NCBI GenBank assembly: GCA_044229035.1
Contig: JBGATT010000005.1
Span: 4,114-68,113 of the forward strand
DNA from: Gemmatimonadaceae bacterium
Lineage (GTDB): Bacteria; Gemmatimonadota; Gemmatimonadetes; Gemmatimonadales; Gemmatimonadaceae
Length of the DNA: 64,000 nucleotides
Reading direction: 5' to 3'
Shown here: positions 1-8,874 of the stretch, in pieces
Layout: each line of letters opens with the position of its first letter
Position numbering within the stretch: position 1 is the stretch's first letter
Notes under the pieces: generated by a model
What the model saw: only the letters and a program-made list of their open reading frames with translations
Databases searched by the model: none
What the model was told of the DNA's origin: nothing
Program-made: the position numbers and the translations under genes

Positions 1-1
1 C

Positions 2-838
2 GGCGATGCCGTACAGCAACGCCTCCAGCAGGTGTCGCTTCGCGAGCAGCAGGGCGATCACCAGCACCGGGATGACGAGGAGCACGAGCGGCCCGGGACC
101 GCCCGCGACGTCGGCCGCCACGCGCGAGGCCGCCCCCCCGGCACCCGAGCCGGGGCCGCTCGTCGCGCCCGCGCCGAGCAGGTACGAGGCGAGGAGCGCG
201 GCGAGACCGGCCGGCACCGCGTAGTGCAGCCGAGCTCGCACCGTGCCGCCGATGTCCGCCCCCTGCGTCCCGCTCGACGCGATCGTGGTGTCGGAGACGG
301 GGGACATCGAATCCCCCCAGGTCGCACCGGCGAGGATCGCGCCCGCGAGCGCGGCCGGGGCCGCGCCCGCGGCGCCACCCGCAGGATAGAGGAGCGGACC
401 CGCGACGAGGATCGTGCCGAAACTCGTGCCCGTGGACGTCGACACGAGTGCGCACGCGATGAAGGCGGCAGCCACGTACGCGCCGCCCGAGAGCTGGAGC
501 GCGCGTGCCGCCCACGCCAGCGCGCCGACGAACCCCGACGCGCCGAGCAGCGCGCCCAGCACACCCGCGAAGAGCCAGGCACACAGCATGATCATCACGA
601 TCCGCTGGCTCATCCCGTCCAGCATCGCCTCGGCGTACCGTGCGCGGTCCTTCGCGAGCAACAGGCCGACGATGAGCGCGGCGAGCAGCACCGGCCAGAA
701 CCCCTTCTCGTCCGGAGCGCCCCGGAGCGCAAGGGTCGTGACCCCGCCGAGGAAGACGGCGAACGGCACGAGCGCGCCCGCGAGCCCGAGGTGGAAGGTC
801 AGCGGGGCGGAGGACGCGGAAGACGTGGGGGTCGACAT
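2..838 (-). CDS. Na+/H+ antiporter NhaC-family (IT superfamily) membrane transporter, 3' end outside window
   Basis: Not in the ORF track. Translated by hand from ATG at 838: MSTPTSSASSAPLTFHLGLAGALVPFAVFLGG..., with multiple TM segments and the NhaC-type motifs STSTGTSFGT and GATWGDSMSPVSDTTIASS. The frame stays open to the window edge. Confidence 0.8.
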   Translation of the reverse strand, partial: MSTPTSSASSAPLTFHLGLAGALVPFAVFLGGVTTLALRGAPDEKGFWPVLLAALIVGLLLAKDRARYAEAMLDGMSQRIVMIMLCAWLFAGVLGALLGASGFVGALAWAARALQLSGGAYVAAAFIACALVSTSTGTSFGTILVAGPLLYPAGGAAGAAPAALAGAILAGATWGDSMSPVSDTTIASSGTQGADIGGTVRARLHYAVPAGLAALLASYLLGAGATSGPGSGAGGAASRVAADVAGGPGPLVLLVIPVLVIALLLAKRHLLEALLYGIA

Positions 839-877
839 GGTGGACGAAGATACGCGGGCGCGAGTATGCTTCGCGAC

Positions 878-1222
878 ATGACCACGCCCGCCGATGACGC
901 CTTCACGTTGTACGATCTCCGCGTCGAGGTCGTCGCGACCGAGCGGCCGATGGTCTGCAATCATCGCGCGGGCGACTGGTTCGAGCTCGTCGGCGAGAAC
1001 CTCCGCTTCCCTCCCGGGCAGTCATTCCCGCTCTATCCGCTCGCGGCGATCCTCCCGCTGCTCCCCGCCAAGCAACGCATGACGCACACGAACGACTGGA
1101 TGACGACCGACGCCGAGGTCGCCTGCCCGGACCCTCTGTGCGGCGGCCGCTTCCGGATCACGCGCACCGGCACGAGCACCTGGCGGCACGGCGAGGTCAC
1201 GCGCGTCCCCCTCACGCCGTGA
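878..1222 (+). CDS. TIGR04076-family small Cys-containing protein
   Basis: MTTPADDAFTLYDLRVEVV..MVCNH..GDWFEL.GENL...LAAILPLLPAKQR...DWM...VACPDP.CGGRFRITR. The stop overlaps the next start (GTGA). Confidence 0.8.
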   Translation: MTTPADDAFTLYDLRVEVVATERPMVCNHRAGDWFELVGENLRFPPGQSFPLYPLAAILPLLPAKQRMTHTNDWMTTDAEVACPDPLCGGRFRITRTGTSTWRHGEVTRVPLTP

Positions 1223-2286
1223 GCGGTTCCCCGGTCGGGGTGCCACGGAGCGCACTCGCCGACGGGACGCTCGTCCCACGGCTCATCAAGGGCGGGTGGC
1301 AGCTTGCCGGCGGGCACGGCGCGGTTGACGAGGCCGGCGCCATCGCCGACATGCACGCGTTCGCCGAGGCGGGGATCACCGCCTTCGATTGCGCCGACAT
1401 CTATACGGGGGTCGAGGCGCTGATCGGCCGGTTCCTCCGCGAGTGGCGCGCGCGGCACGGCGCCGGCGCGGCAGTGCGCGTGCACACCAAGTGCGTCCCC
1501 GACCTCGACCTCCTGCCGCGGCTGACGCGCGCCGATCTCGAGCGCACGATCGACCGGTCACTGCGCCGCCTTGGCGTGGAGCGCCTGGACCTGGTGCAGT
1601 TCCACTGGTGGGACTACGCGCTCGGCGACATGGCGCAGGCGGCCCTCCACCTCGACGCGATGCGCCGCGAAGGGAAGATCGCCCAACTCGGCGTCACCAA
1701 CTGCGACGTCGCGCACCTGACCGCGATCCTCGACGCGGGCGTGCCGGTCGTCGTCCACCAGGTGCAGTGCTCGCTCCTCGACCGGCGGGCCCTCGGTGCC
1801 ATGCGCGCGCTCTGCGAAGCGCGCGGCGTCCGACTGCTCGCCTACGGGGCGCTCGCCGGCGGATTCCTGCACGAGCGCTGGCTCGGCCGGCCGGCGCCCG
1901 CGGAACCGCTCGAGAACCGATCGCTCGTGAAGTACCGGCTGATCATCGAGGAATGGGGCGGGTGGGAGCCGCTGCAGGCGCTCCTGCGCGCGTTGCATGG
2001 CGTCGCCGCGCGGCACCAGACGACGATCGGCGCGGTGGCGGTGCGCTGGGTGCTCGAGCAGCCGCAGGTCGCGAGCGCGATCGTGGGGGCGCGGCACGCG
2101 GGTCATCTCCCGGCGACGCTCGCGGCGCTCGACGTCTGGCTCGACGAGGCCGACCGGTCAGCGATCGAGGGGGCGCTCCCCGCGGGCGGCGGCCCGGTGG
2201 GCGACGTCTACGCCCTCGAGCGGGAGCGCGGCGGACGGCATGCGGTGATCATGCGCTACGGCCTCAACGCCGCCGCGACGGAATGA
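1219..2286 (+). CDS. Aldo/keto reductase
   Basis: Motifs GGWQLAGGHG, FDCADIYTGVE, TK, SLRRLGVERLDLVQFHWW, LGVTN. GTG start coupled to the upstream stop. Confidence 0.9.
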   Translation: MSGSPVGVPRSALADGTLVPRLIKGGWQLAGGHGAVDEAGAIADMHAFAEAGITAFDCADIYTGVEALIGRFLREWRARHGAGAAVRVHTKCVPDLDLLPRLTRADLERTIDRSLRRLGVERLDLVQFHWWDYALGDMAQAALHLDAMRREGKIAQLGVTNCDVAHLTAILDAGVPVVVHQVQCSLLDRRALGAMRALCEARGVRLLAYGALAGGFLHERWLGRPAPAEPLENRSLVKYRLIIEEWGGWEPLQALLRALHGVAARHQTTIGAVAVRWVLEQPQVASAIVGARHAGHLPATLAALDVWLDEADRSAIEGALPAGGGPVGDVYALERERGGRHAVIMRYGLNAAATE

Positions 2287-3661
2287 GATAGAACGCTTCC
2301 TGCCGCGGCAGGAAGAAGCGGTAGCCGTTCGGCGTGAGGTGGGCGCAGTCCTCCATCATCACGAAGACCTTCTTGCCGCCCCACTCGGGAACCACCGTCC
2401 CGGTGTTGAGCTCGATGGAGAGGTAGGAGCCGTCGCGCAGGCGTTGGCCCTGCGCGAGCGTGTCGGTCCGGAGCGCCGCGCGGAAGTCGACCGACGCGCC
2501 CAAACCATGGCCCTGCGCGCCCAGCGGGTGCGAGTAGACCATCGCCTCGATCCCCTTCGCGCGCATCTCGGCCATGGTGAGCGTGAACACCTCGCCGCCC
2601 GTGCGGCCGGGGCGCGCGGCGCGCAACATGAGGGCGTCCTGCAGGGCATTGGTGTTCGCGAGGGCGCGCTTGAGGCCGGCGGGAGCGTCCGTCTCCCCGG
2701 GCTTGAGCACGTAGGCCATCTTCTGCCAGTCGGTGTCGAACCCCATGTACGTGATGCCGAAGTCGATGTGCACGAGGTCGCCGGCGACGATCGTCGTGCT
2801 CTCGGGTGCGACGGCGACGAAGCCGCGCGAGGTCGCGATATCGCCCGTGGCGCGCTGGATCCGGAGGTCGGGCTGGAACCAGGTGCGGACGCCGGCGGCC
2901 CAGAGCATGTCGTAGAGTGCCCGGCGCACGTCCCCCACGGTCGTGGTGCCCGGCGTGATCACCTCGGGCGAGAGGGCGCGCCGCACGATCTCCTCGGTCA
3001 CGGCGACGCCGGCGCGGTAGTGCTCCAGCTCCTCGGGCAAGCGCGTGTCGAGGTACTCGGTGGTGAGTCGCTGGGCGCTCGTGAAGCGTGCGGCGGCGTC
3101 AGGGCCCATCGCCTCGGCAATGAACAGGTAGGCGTCATGTCCCAGTGCGCGCGTCTGTCCGCGGCCCCCGCCGATGCTGAGCGCGATCGTGCGCGGCTGG
3201 TATCGCTCCCAGAGCCGACGCAGGGTCGGCCCGGCCGGCAACGGTTCGGTCGTCGCGGCCTCGAAGAACCGCGCGAGGTTCTCCTCGGTGTACCCGGTGA
3301 TCGCGAACTTCTTGAGGCCTTCCGCGCCGGCGTCGACGAAGACGAAGATGTCCCGGTTGCCGGTGTACGGGCGCGGCGGGGCGACCTGCTGCACGACCGG
3401 GTCGTCGTGGAACTCCTCGTTGACCACGATCCACATCGCGACCTCGTGCGCCCGCATCATCGGGAGGAGCCGTTCGTGCTTGGTGCGCAGCCACTGCTCC
3501 CGCACGGCGATCTGCTCGCTCCAGGTGAGGAGCTTCGCGGCGGAGGCGATGACCGGCCGGCGGCCTGGCGTGACGGGTTGCGCCGTGAGCGCAGGCGCCC
3601 CGAGATGGAGGGCGGTCGCGAGGGCGAGGGCGGCGATGGGGAGCGACGGGGCAGCGCGCAT
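2264..3661 (-). CDS. Secreted M24-family (Xaa-Pro aminopeptidase-like) metallopeptidase
   Basis: Signal-peptide-like N-terminus from ATG 3661. Pita-bread metal ligands HIDFG..FDTDWQ, SHPLGAQGHG, SIE, MEDC. Confidence 0.85.
   Translation of the reverse strand: MRAAPSLPIAALALATALHLGAPALTAQPVTPGRRPVIASAAKLLTWSEQIAVREQWLRTKHERLLPMMRAHEVAMWIVVNEEFHDDPVVQQVAPPRPYTGNRDIFVFVDAGAEGLKKFAITGYTEENLARFFEAATTEPLPAGPTLRRLWERYQPRTIALSIGGGRGQTRALGHDAYLFIAEAMGPDAAARFTSAQRLTTEYLDTRLPEELEHYRAGVAVTEEIVRRALSPEVITPGTTTVGDVRRALYDMLWAAGVRTWFQPDLRIQRATGDIATSRGFVAVAPESTTIVAGDLVHIDFGITYMGFDTDWQKMAYVLKPGETDAPAGLKRALANTNALQDALMLRAARPGRTGGEVFTLTMAEMRAKGIEAMVYSHPLGAQGHGLGASVDFRAALRTDTLAQGQRLRDGSYLSIELNTGTVVPEWGGKKVFVMMEDCAHLTPNGYRFFLPRQEAFYLIPSRRR
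2296..2315. terminator. Perfect 20-bp palindrome just past the AKR stop, possible terminator for the convergent pair
   Basis: CTTCCTGCCGCGGCAGGAAG is self-complementary and lies inside the 3' end of the M24 gene. No U-tract. Confidence 0.35.
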
Positions 3662-3729
3662 GAGCGGGTCGGATGAGGAGAGGGGCGCGAGGGACGCGGT
3701 GTCGTGTCGGCGCGTGGCGCCGCCGGTGT

Positions 3730-4206
3730 CTACGGCGCGCGCACCCAACGCTGGGTGCGGCCGAGCAGGGCGACGCCGATGAAGCCACGCAGGGCGAGCG
3801 ACTTGCCATCGGGCGCGACGCGGACGGTCGCGCGGTAGGTCTTGCCGGTGTCGGGGTCGAGCACCTCCCCGCCGCTCCAGGCTTCCCCGTCCCAGCGGAG
3901 GCCCGAGAGGATGACCATCCCTTGCAGCGGCTGATCCTTCCGCGCGCCACTGCAGAGCGTACAGCGCTTGCCGGGCGGTTCTCCCGGGACCAGCGAACCC
4001 GCGATGGTTCCGACGAGTTCACCCTCCGTGACCCGGATGCTGATGATCCCGCGCGGTTTGCCGTCGACGTCCGAGATCGTGTGCCAGGTCCCGACGGGCG
4101 AGGAGGGCTGCGCGGCGAGGGACGCGGGGCGCGCGGACAGTGAGGAGAGCGCGGCGAGCGCGAGCATGAGCCGGAGTCCGCGCGCGGGAGCAGGGGAGCG
4201 GGGCAT
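3730..4206 (-). CDS. DUF2147-domain secreted protein
   Basis: Signal peptide, then PVGTWHT...CTLCSG..KDQPLQGMVIL...WSGGEVLDPDTGKTY...RGFIGVALLGRTQRWVR. Confidence 0.85.
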   Translation of the reverse strand: MPRSPAPARGLRLMLALAALSSLSARPASLAAQPSSPVGTWHTISDVDGKPRGIISIRVTEGELVGTIAGSLVPGEPPGKRCTLCSGARKDQPLQGMVILSGLRWDGEAWSGGEVLDPDTGKTYRATVRVAPDGKSLALRGFIGVALLGRTQRWVRAP

Positions 4207-4235
4207 GGCCCCGAATCTAGGGCTCGGCCGGTCTC

Positions 4236-4265
4236 TTGACAGTTCAGGGAGGGGACGCACATACT
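4236..4265 (+). promoter_or_regulatory. Putative sigma70 promoter of the rightward beta-glucan operon
   Basis: Exact TTGACA at 4236-4241, 18-nt spacer, CATACT at 4260-4265 overlapping the operator. Confidence 0.65.
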
Positions 4266-4286
4266 TTGTTCGCCAATCGAACAAAG
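4264..4286. promoter_or_regulatory. Palindromic operator, probably for the ROK repressor (copy 1)
   Basis: CTTTGTTCG-CCAAT-CGAACAAAG is a perfect 9-bp inverted repeat and AT-rich against a GC-rich background. The same motif recurs at 17758-17784. Confidence 0.8.
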
Positions 4287-4349
4287 AGTCGGGCGGACTG
4301 CGGCTCTCGCCGCTGCGCCGCCTTGCCGACACCGACCTGGAGTGACCGC

Positions 4350-6785
4350 ATGCGTTCGCGTTCCCGCTCGACCTTTGTCCTCGCGGCCACTGCCGCCCTC
4401 GCCTTCGTCGGCTGCACGCGCGAGAACGGCACCCTGGGTCCCGCCCCGTTCCCCGACAGTCCGTTCGTCTTCACGGACAACTTCGGGGACGGCGTCGGCT
4501 TCCAGGCGTTCGGCGGCTCCAAGCTCGACGCCCTCACCATCGACAACACGGTGAAGCACGCCGGCTCGTCGTCGCTGAAGGTGACGATCCCCGGACCGGG
4601 CGATCCGTCGGGCGGCTACTCCGGTGGTGCCTTCACCGCGAACGTCCCCCGGGACCTCACGGGCTACGACGCCATCACCTTCTGGGCGCGCGCGAGCATC
4701 CCGGCCGTGCTGAACGTGGCCGGCCTCGGCAACGACAACACCGGCAACTCCCTGTACACGGCCGAGCGGACGAACATCGCGATCACGACGAGCTGGGCGA
4801 AGTACGCGATCGCGATCCCGCTCGCCTCGAAGCTGTCGGCGGAGCAGGGGCTCTTCTTCCTCGCCGAGGGGCCGGAGAACGGCGCCGGTTACGAGCTCTG
4901 GCTCGATGACATCAAGTACGAGGCGCTCGGCACGGTGGTGAATCCCCGTCCCACCTTGCCTGCCGCGACCGTGGTGGATGAGATCGGCGGGACCCGCACG
5001 ATCACCGGCACCGCGGTGACGTTCGCGGTGGATGGGGCGGACCAGACGGTGAGCGCGATGCCGGGCTACTTCACCTTCGCCTCGTCCAACACGACGGTAG
5101 CGACGGTGACGGCCTCGGGCACGGTGTCGGTGCTCGCCGCGGGCAGCGCGAACATCACGGCGATGCTGGGCGCGACGCCGGCGGTCGGCACGGTCGCGTT
5201 GACGGCGATCGCGCCGCCCACCGCGGCGGCGGCGACGCCCACGCGCCTCGCGGCGGACGTCATCTCGCTCTTCAGCGGCGCCTACACCAACGCGACCGTC
5301 GACACCTGGTCCGCCAGCTGGGACCAGGCGGACGTCACGGACGTGACGCTCGCCGGCAACGCGACCAAGAAGTACACCAACCTGACCTTCGCCGGCATCG
5401 AGTTCACCACGGCGCCGGTGGATGCCGCGGCGATGACGCACCTGCATCTCGATGCCTACATGGCGGATGCCTCGGACTTCAAGGTGAAGCTCGTGGACTT
5501 CGGCGCCAACGGCGTCTTCGGCGGCGGCGACGACACCGAGCACCGCCTGACGTTCAACACGACGACGTCGCCGGCGTTGACCGCGGGCGCGTGGAGCAGC
5601 CTCGACATCCCGATGTCGGCCTTCACGAACATGACCGGACGCGGCCACATCGCGCAGATGATCCTCGAGGGCGCGAGCAAGACGGTGTACGTCGACAACG
5701 TCTACTTCTACAAGGTGCCGATCCCGACCGCCCCGCCGGCCGCGGCCCCCACGCCGACCGTCGCGCCCGCCAACACGATCTCGCTCTTCAGCAACGCGTA
5801 CACCAACCGGACGGTGGACACCTGGTCGGCGGGCTGGGACAATGCCGACGTGACGGATACGACGATCGCCGGCAACGACGTGAAGAAGTACTCGAACCTG
5901 ACCTTCGCCGGCATCGAGTTCACCTCGGCAACGGTCGACGCGAGCGCGACCACGCACGTGCACTTCGACTACTGGAGCCCGGATGCGACCACCGGTGGCG
6001 CGGGCTTCAAGTTCAAGCTGGTCGACTTCGGCGCCAACGGGACCTTCGGGGGCGGCGACGACACCGAGCACGAGCTGACCTTCAACGCGTCGTCGGTCCC
6101 GGCGCTGGCGCAGGGGAGCTGGGTGAGCTTCGACATCCCCTTCACCGCCTTCGCGGGGTTGGCGGCTCGGGCGCACCTGGCCCAGATCGTCCTCGTCGGT
6201 GACGACCCGATCAACACCGTCTTCCTCGACAACATCTACTTCTACACGAACACCGCGCCGACCGTCCCGCTCACCGCGGCCCCGACGCCGACCTACGCCG
6301 CGGGTGACGTGATCGCGCTCTTCTCCAACCCGTACACCAACGTCACCGTCGACACCTGGTCGGCGGGGTGGGACAACGCCGACGTCGCGGACGTGCAGAT
6401 CGCGGGCAACGACACGAAGCGCTACACCAACCTCACGTTCGCGGGCATCGAGTTCGGCTCCGCGCCGGTCAACGCGACGGCGATGACGCACTTCCGGCTC
6501 GACTACTGGAGCCCGGATGCGACCACCGGCGGCGCCACGTTCAAGGTGAAGCTCGTGGACTTCGGCGCGAACGGGGCGTTCGGCGGCGGTGACGACGTGG
6601 AGCACGAGCTCACGTTCACCGCGGCCAGCTCGCCGGCGATCGCGACCGGCAGCTGGGTGACGTTCGACATCCCGCTCACGGCCTTCACCGGTCTCGTGAC
6701 GCGTGGGCATCTCGCGCAGCTTATCTTCGTCGGCGACGACCCAACGAACACGGTCTTCATCGACAACGTGCTGCTGCACCGGTAG
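4350..6785 (+). CDS. Surface glycan-binding lipoprotein: N-terminal CBM-like beta-sandwich, Ig-like domain and three tandem CBM-like repeats
   Basis: Lipobox-like LAFVG-C; Ig-like FTFASSNTTVATV..GTV; three ~175-aa repeats (VISLFS..YTN.TVDTWSA.WD...KLVDFGANG.FGGGDD.EH...DNxYFY). No catalytic motif seen. Confidence 0.75.
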   Translation: MRSRSRSTFVLAATAALAFVGCTRENGTLGPAPFPDSPFVFTDNFGDGVGFQAFGGSKLDALTIDNTVKHAGSSSLKVTIPGPGDPSGGYSGGAFTANVPRDLTGYDAITFWARASIPAVLNVAGLGNDNTGNSLYTAERTNIAITTSWAKYAIAIPLASKLSAEQGLFFLAEGPENGAGYELWLDDIKYEALGTVVNPRPTLPAATVVDEIGGTRTITGTAVTFAVDGADQTVSAMPGYFTFASSNTTVATVTASGTVSVLAAGSANITAMLGATPAVGTVALTAIAPPTAAAATPTRLAADVISLFSGAYTNATVDTWSASWDQADVTDVTLAGNATKKYTNLTFAGIEFTTAPVDAAAMTHLHLDAYMADASDFKVKLVDFGANGVFGGGDDTEHRLTFNTTTSPALTAGAWSSLDIPMSAFTNMTGRGHIAQMILEGASKTVYVDNVYFYKVPIPTAPPAAAPTPTVAPANTISLFSNAYTNRTVDTWSAGWDNADVTDTTIAGNDVKKYSNLTFAGIEFTSATVDASATTHVHFDYWSPDATTGGAGFKFKLVDFGANGTFGGGDDTEHELTFNASSVPALAQGSWVSFDIPFTAFAGLAARAHLAQIVLVGDDPINTVFLDNIYFYTNTAPTVPLTAAPTPTYAAGDVIALFSNPYTNVTVDTWSAGWDNADVADVQIAGNDTKRYTNLTFAGIEFGSAPVNATAMTHFRLDYWSPDATTGGATFKVKLVDFGANGAFGGGDDVEHELTFTAASSPAIATGSWVTFDIPLTAFTGLVTRGHLAQLIFVGDDPTNTVFIDNVLLHR
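5212..6782 (+). repeat. Three tandem intragenic domain repeats of about 510-540 bp
   Basis: Units start near 5212, 5725 and 6265. A 31-nt exact duplicate, TCGACTACTGGAGCCCGGATGCGACCACCGG, occurs at 5965-5995 and 6499-6529. Confidence 0.9.
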
Positions 6786-6815
6786 GAGCCACGGGTGGCA
6801 GCGCCAGGAGGAGTC

Positions 6816-8057
6816 ATGGCGCGACCCAAGTCGGGCGCGGCGGCGGGGGCCTCGCAGGTCCCTCGCGCGCCGCGGCTGGCCGATTCAGTCCTTCGCATGA
6901 TCTGGGAGGCGAAGCGCATCTCGCGGGCGGAGATCGCGCGACGCGCCGACCTCTCGCGCTCCACGGTCTCCGAGATCGTGGACGACCTCCTCACCTCGGG
7001 GCTCGTGGCCGAGGCGGGGGAGGGCGTCTCGCGCGGCGGCCGGCGCCCGATCGTACTCGAGTTCCAGGATGCGGCCTTCGTGATCCTCGGCGTCGACATC
7101 GGCGCGAGCCACATCTCGGTCGCGCTCACCGACCTCCGCGGCCACGTGATCGCGTGGCATCATCGCGACTTCCCGGCCCGCACCGACCCCACCGGCGCCG
7201 GGCAGCTCGTCCTCGAGCTCTGCGAGGCCTGCATGGCCGACGCCGCCGTCAAACGCACGCGGTTGGTCGGCATCGGTGTCGCGGTGCCGAGCCCGGTGGA
7301 CCCGCGCGAGCCCGACCGGCTCTCCTCGGTCGCGCTGCCGTCGTGGGGCGGGCGCCTCGCGCTCGAGGCGTTGCGCACGCGCTTCCGCGTCCCGATGCGC
7401 ATCGACAACGACGCCAACCTCGGTGCGCTGGCCGAGCACTGGTGGGGGAGCACGCGCGCGCTCGAGAACTTCGCGTACGTGAAGGTCGCGACCGGCATCG
7501 GGTCGGGACACTTCGTGAACGGCCGCATCTATCGCGGGTCCACCGGCGTGGCGGGGGAACTCGGGCATGTCGCGATCGACCCCCGCGGCGCGCCGTGCAA
7601 CTGCGGCAACCGTGGGTGCCTCCAGACCTACATCGGCTCGCGCGCGCTGCTGGACCGTGCGGTCTCGTTGCGCCCCCAGTACCCGTCCAGCCAGCTCGCG
7701 GCGGTGACGGTGCCCACCATCCAGCAGCTCGAGGAGGCGGCGCTCGCCGACGATCCGCTCGCGCTCGCGGTGGTGCGCGAGGCCGCCGAGTACCTCGGCA
7801 TCGCGATCGCCGGCATGGTGAACCTCATGAACCCGTCGGCGGTCATCATCGGCGGGTCGATCGCCCGCCTGGGCGAACGGCTGCTCGCGCCCCTCCGCGA
7901 GACGGTGCTCCGCCGCACGTTCGTGAGCGCCGCCGCGGCCTCGGAGATCCGCACCAGCGATCTCGGTCCGCAGGATGTCGCGATCGGTGCCGCGACGCTC
8001 GTGCTCGACGCCGCGCTCCACGATCCCTCTCTCTTCCCCACCGGCACCGCGCGATAG
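6816..8057 (+). CDS. ROK-family transcriptional repressor (XylR/NagC-like)
   Basis: RBS AGGAGGAG before ATG 6816; HTH ISRAEIARRADLSRSTVSEIV; GGRRP; DNDANLGALAE; GELGH; CNCGNRGCL zinc motif. Confidence 0.93.
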   Translation: MARPKSGAAAGASQVPRAPRLADSVLRMIWEAKRISRAEIARRADLSRSTVSEIVDDLLTSGLVAEAGEGVSRGGRRPIVLEFQDAAFVILGVDIGASHISVALTDLRGHVIAWHHRDFPARTDPTGAGQLVLELCEACMADAAVKRTRLVGIGVAVPSPVDPREPDRLSSVALPSWGGRLALEALRTRFRVPMRIDNDANLGALAEHWWGSTRALENFAYVKVATGIGSGHFVNGRIYRGSTGVAGELGHVAIDPRGAPCNCGNRGCLQTYIGSRALLDRAVSLRPQYPSSQLAAVTVPTIQQLEEAALADDPLALAVVREAAEYLGIAIAGMVNLMNPSAVIIGGSIARLGERLLAPLRETVLRRTFVSAAAASEIRTSDLGPQDVAIGAATLVLDAALHDPSLFPTGTAR

Positions 8058-8079
8058 CGGCGCCTCCTCCCGGCCCCCC

Positions 8080-8874
8080 ATGAGACCTCCCGTCGCCGCC
8101 CTGTTCGCGCTGTTCGCACTCTCCGGCTGCACGGGGTCCACGGAGCCCGCCGACTACACGGTCGTCTGGGAGGACGAGTTCACCGGGGCGGCCGGCGCGC
8201 TCCCCAACTCGGCGAACTGGGGCTTCGACGTCGGCACCGACTGGGGGAACGCCCAGCTCGAGTACGACACCGATCGCGCGGACAACGCGCAGCTCGACGG
8301 GGCGGGGCACCTCCGGATCATCGCCAAGCAGGAGGCGTGGCTCGGTCGGAACTACACCTCGGCGCGCATCACCACGGCGGGGAAGCAGGAGTTCCAGTAC
8401 GGGCGCTTCGAGGCGCGGATCAAACTGCCGTCCGGGCAGGGGCTGTGGCCGGCTTTCTGGCTCCTCGGTGCGGACATCCAGACGGTCGGATGGCCGCAGA
8501 CCGGCGAGATCGACATCATGGAGTACAAGGGGCAGGAGCCGAGCGTCCTGCACGGGTCGTTGCACGGTCCCGGCTACTCCGGCGGAGCGGCGATCACCCG
8601 GCGCTACACGCTCCCGTCGGGGCGATTCGACACGGAGTTCCACGAGTTCCGTGTGGACTGGACGCCGTCGCAGATCCGCTGGTACGTGGACGGGCGCCTG
8701 TACCATGAGGTGAACAAGGGGGACCAGACGGGCGCCTGGGTGTATGACCACCCCTTCTACATCATCCTGAATGTCGCGGTCGGCGGGAACTTCGTCGGCG
8801 CACCGAACGGCAGCACGACCTTCCCGCAGGAGATGGTCGTCGACTGGGTGCGCGTGTCGCAGGCCGCGCCGTGA
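8080..8874 (+). CDS. GH16 laminarinase-type endo-beta-1,3-glucanase, lipoprotein
   Basis: Lipobox LSG-C; WEDEF, YTSARI, GLWPAFWLLG, catalytic GEIDIME, ILNVAVGG, VDWVRV. Confidence 0.92.
   Translation: MRPPVAALFALFALSGCTGSTEPADYTVVWEDEFTGAAGALPNSANWGFDVGTDWGNAQLEYDTDRADNAQLDGAGHLRIIAKQEAWLGRNYTSARITTAGKQEFQYGRFEARIKLPSGQGLWPAFWLLGADIQTVGWPQTGEIDIMEYKGQEPSVLHGSLHGPGYSGGAAITRRYTLPSGRFDTEFHEFRVDWTPSQIRWYVDGRLYHEVNKGDQTGAWVYDHPFYIILNVAVGGNFVGAPNGSTTFPQEMVVDWVRVSQAAP

Noticed and set aside
3135-6779. 1214-aa minus-strand ORF
   Set aside because: Antisense shadow of the CBM lipoprotein. It is Arg/Gly/Val-rich with no motifs, and long stop-free antisense frames are expected at this GC content.
5212-6782. 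Recurring 30-40 nt near-identical segments as a possible CRISPR array or DGR template
   Set aside because: The period is ~520 bp, the segments are in frame within protein domain repeats, and the window has no cas or reverse transcriptase gene.
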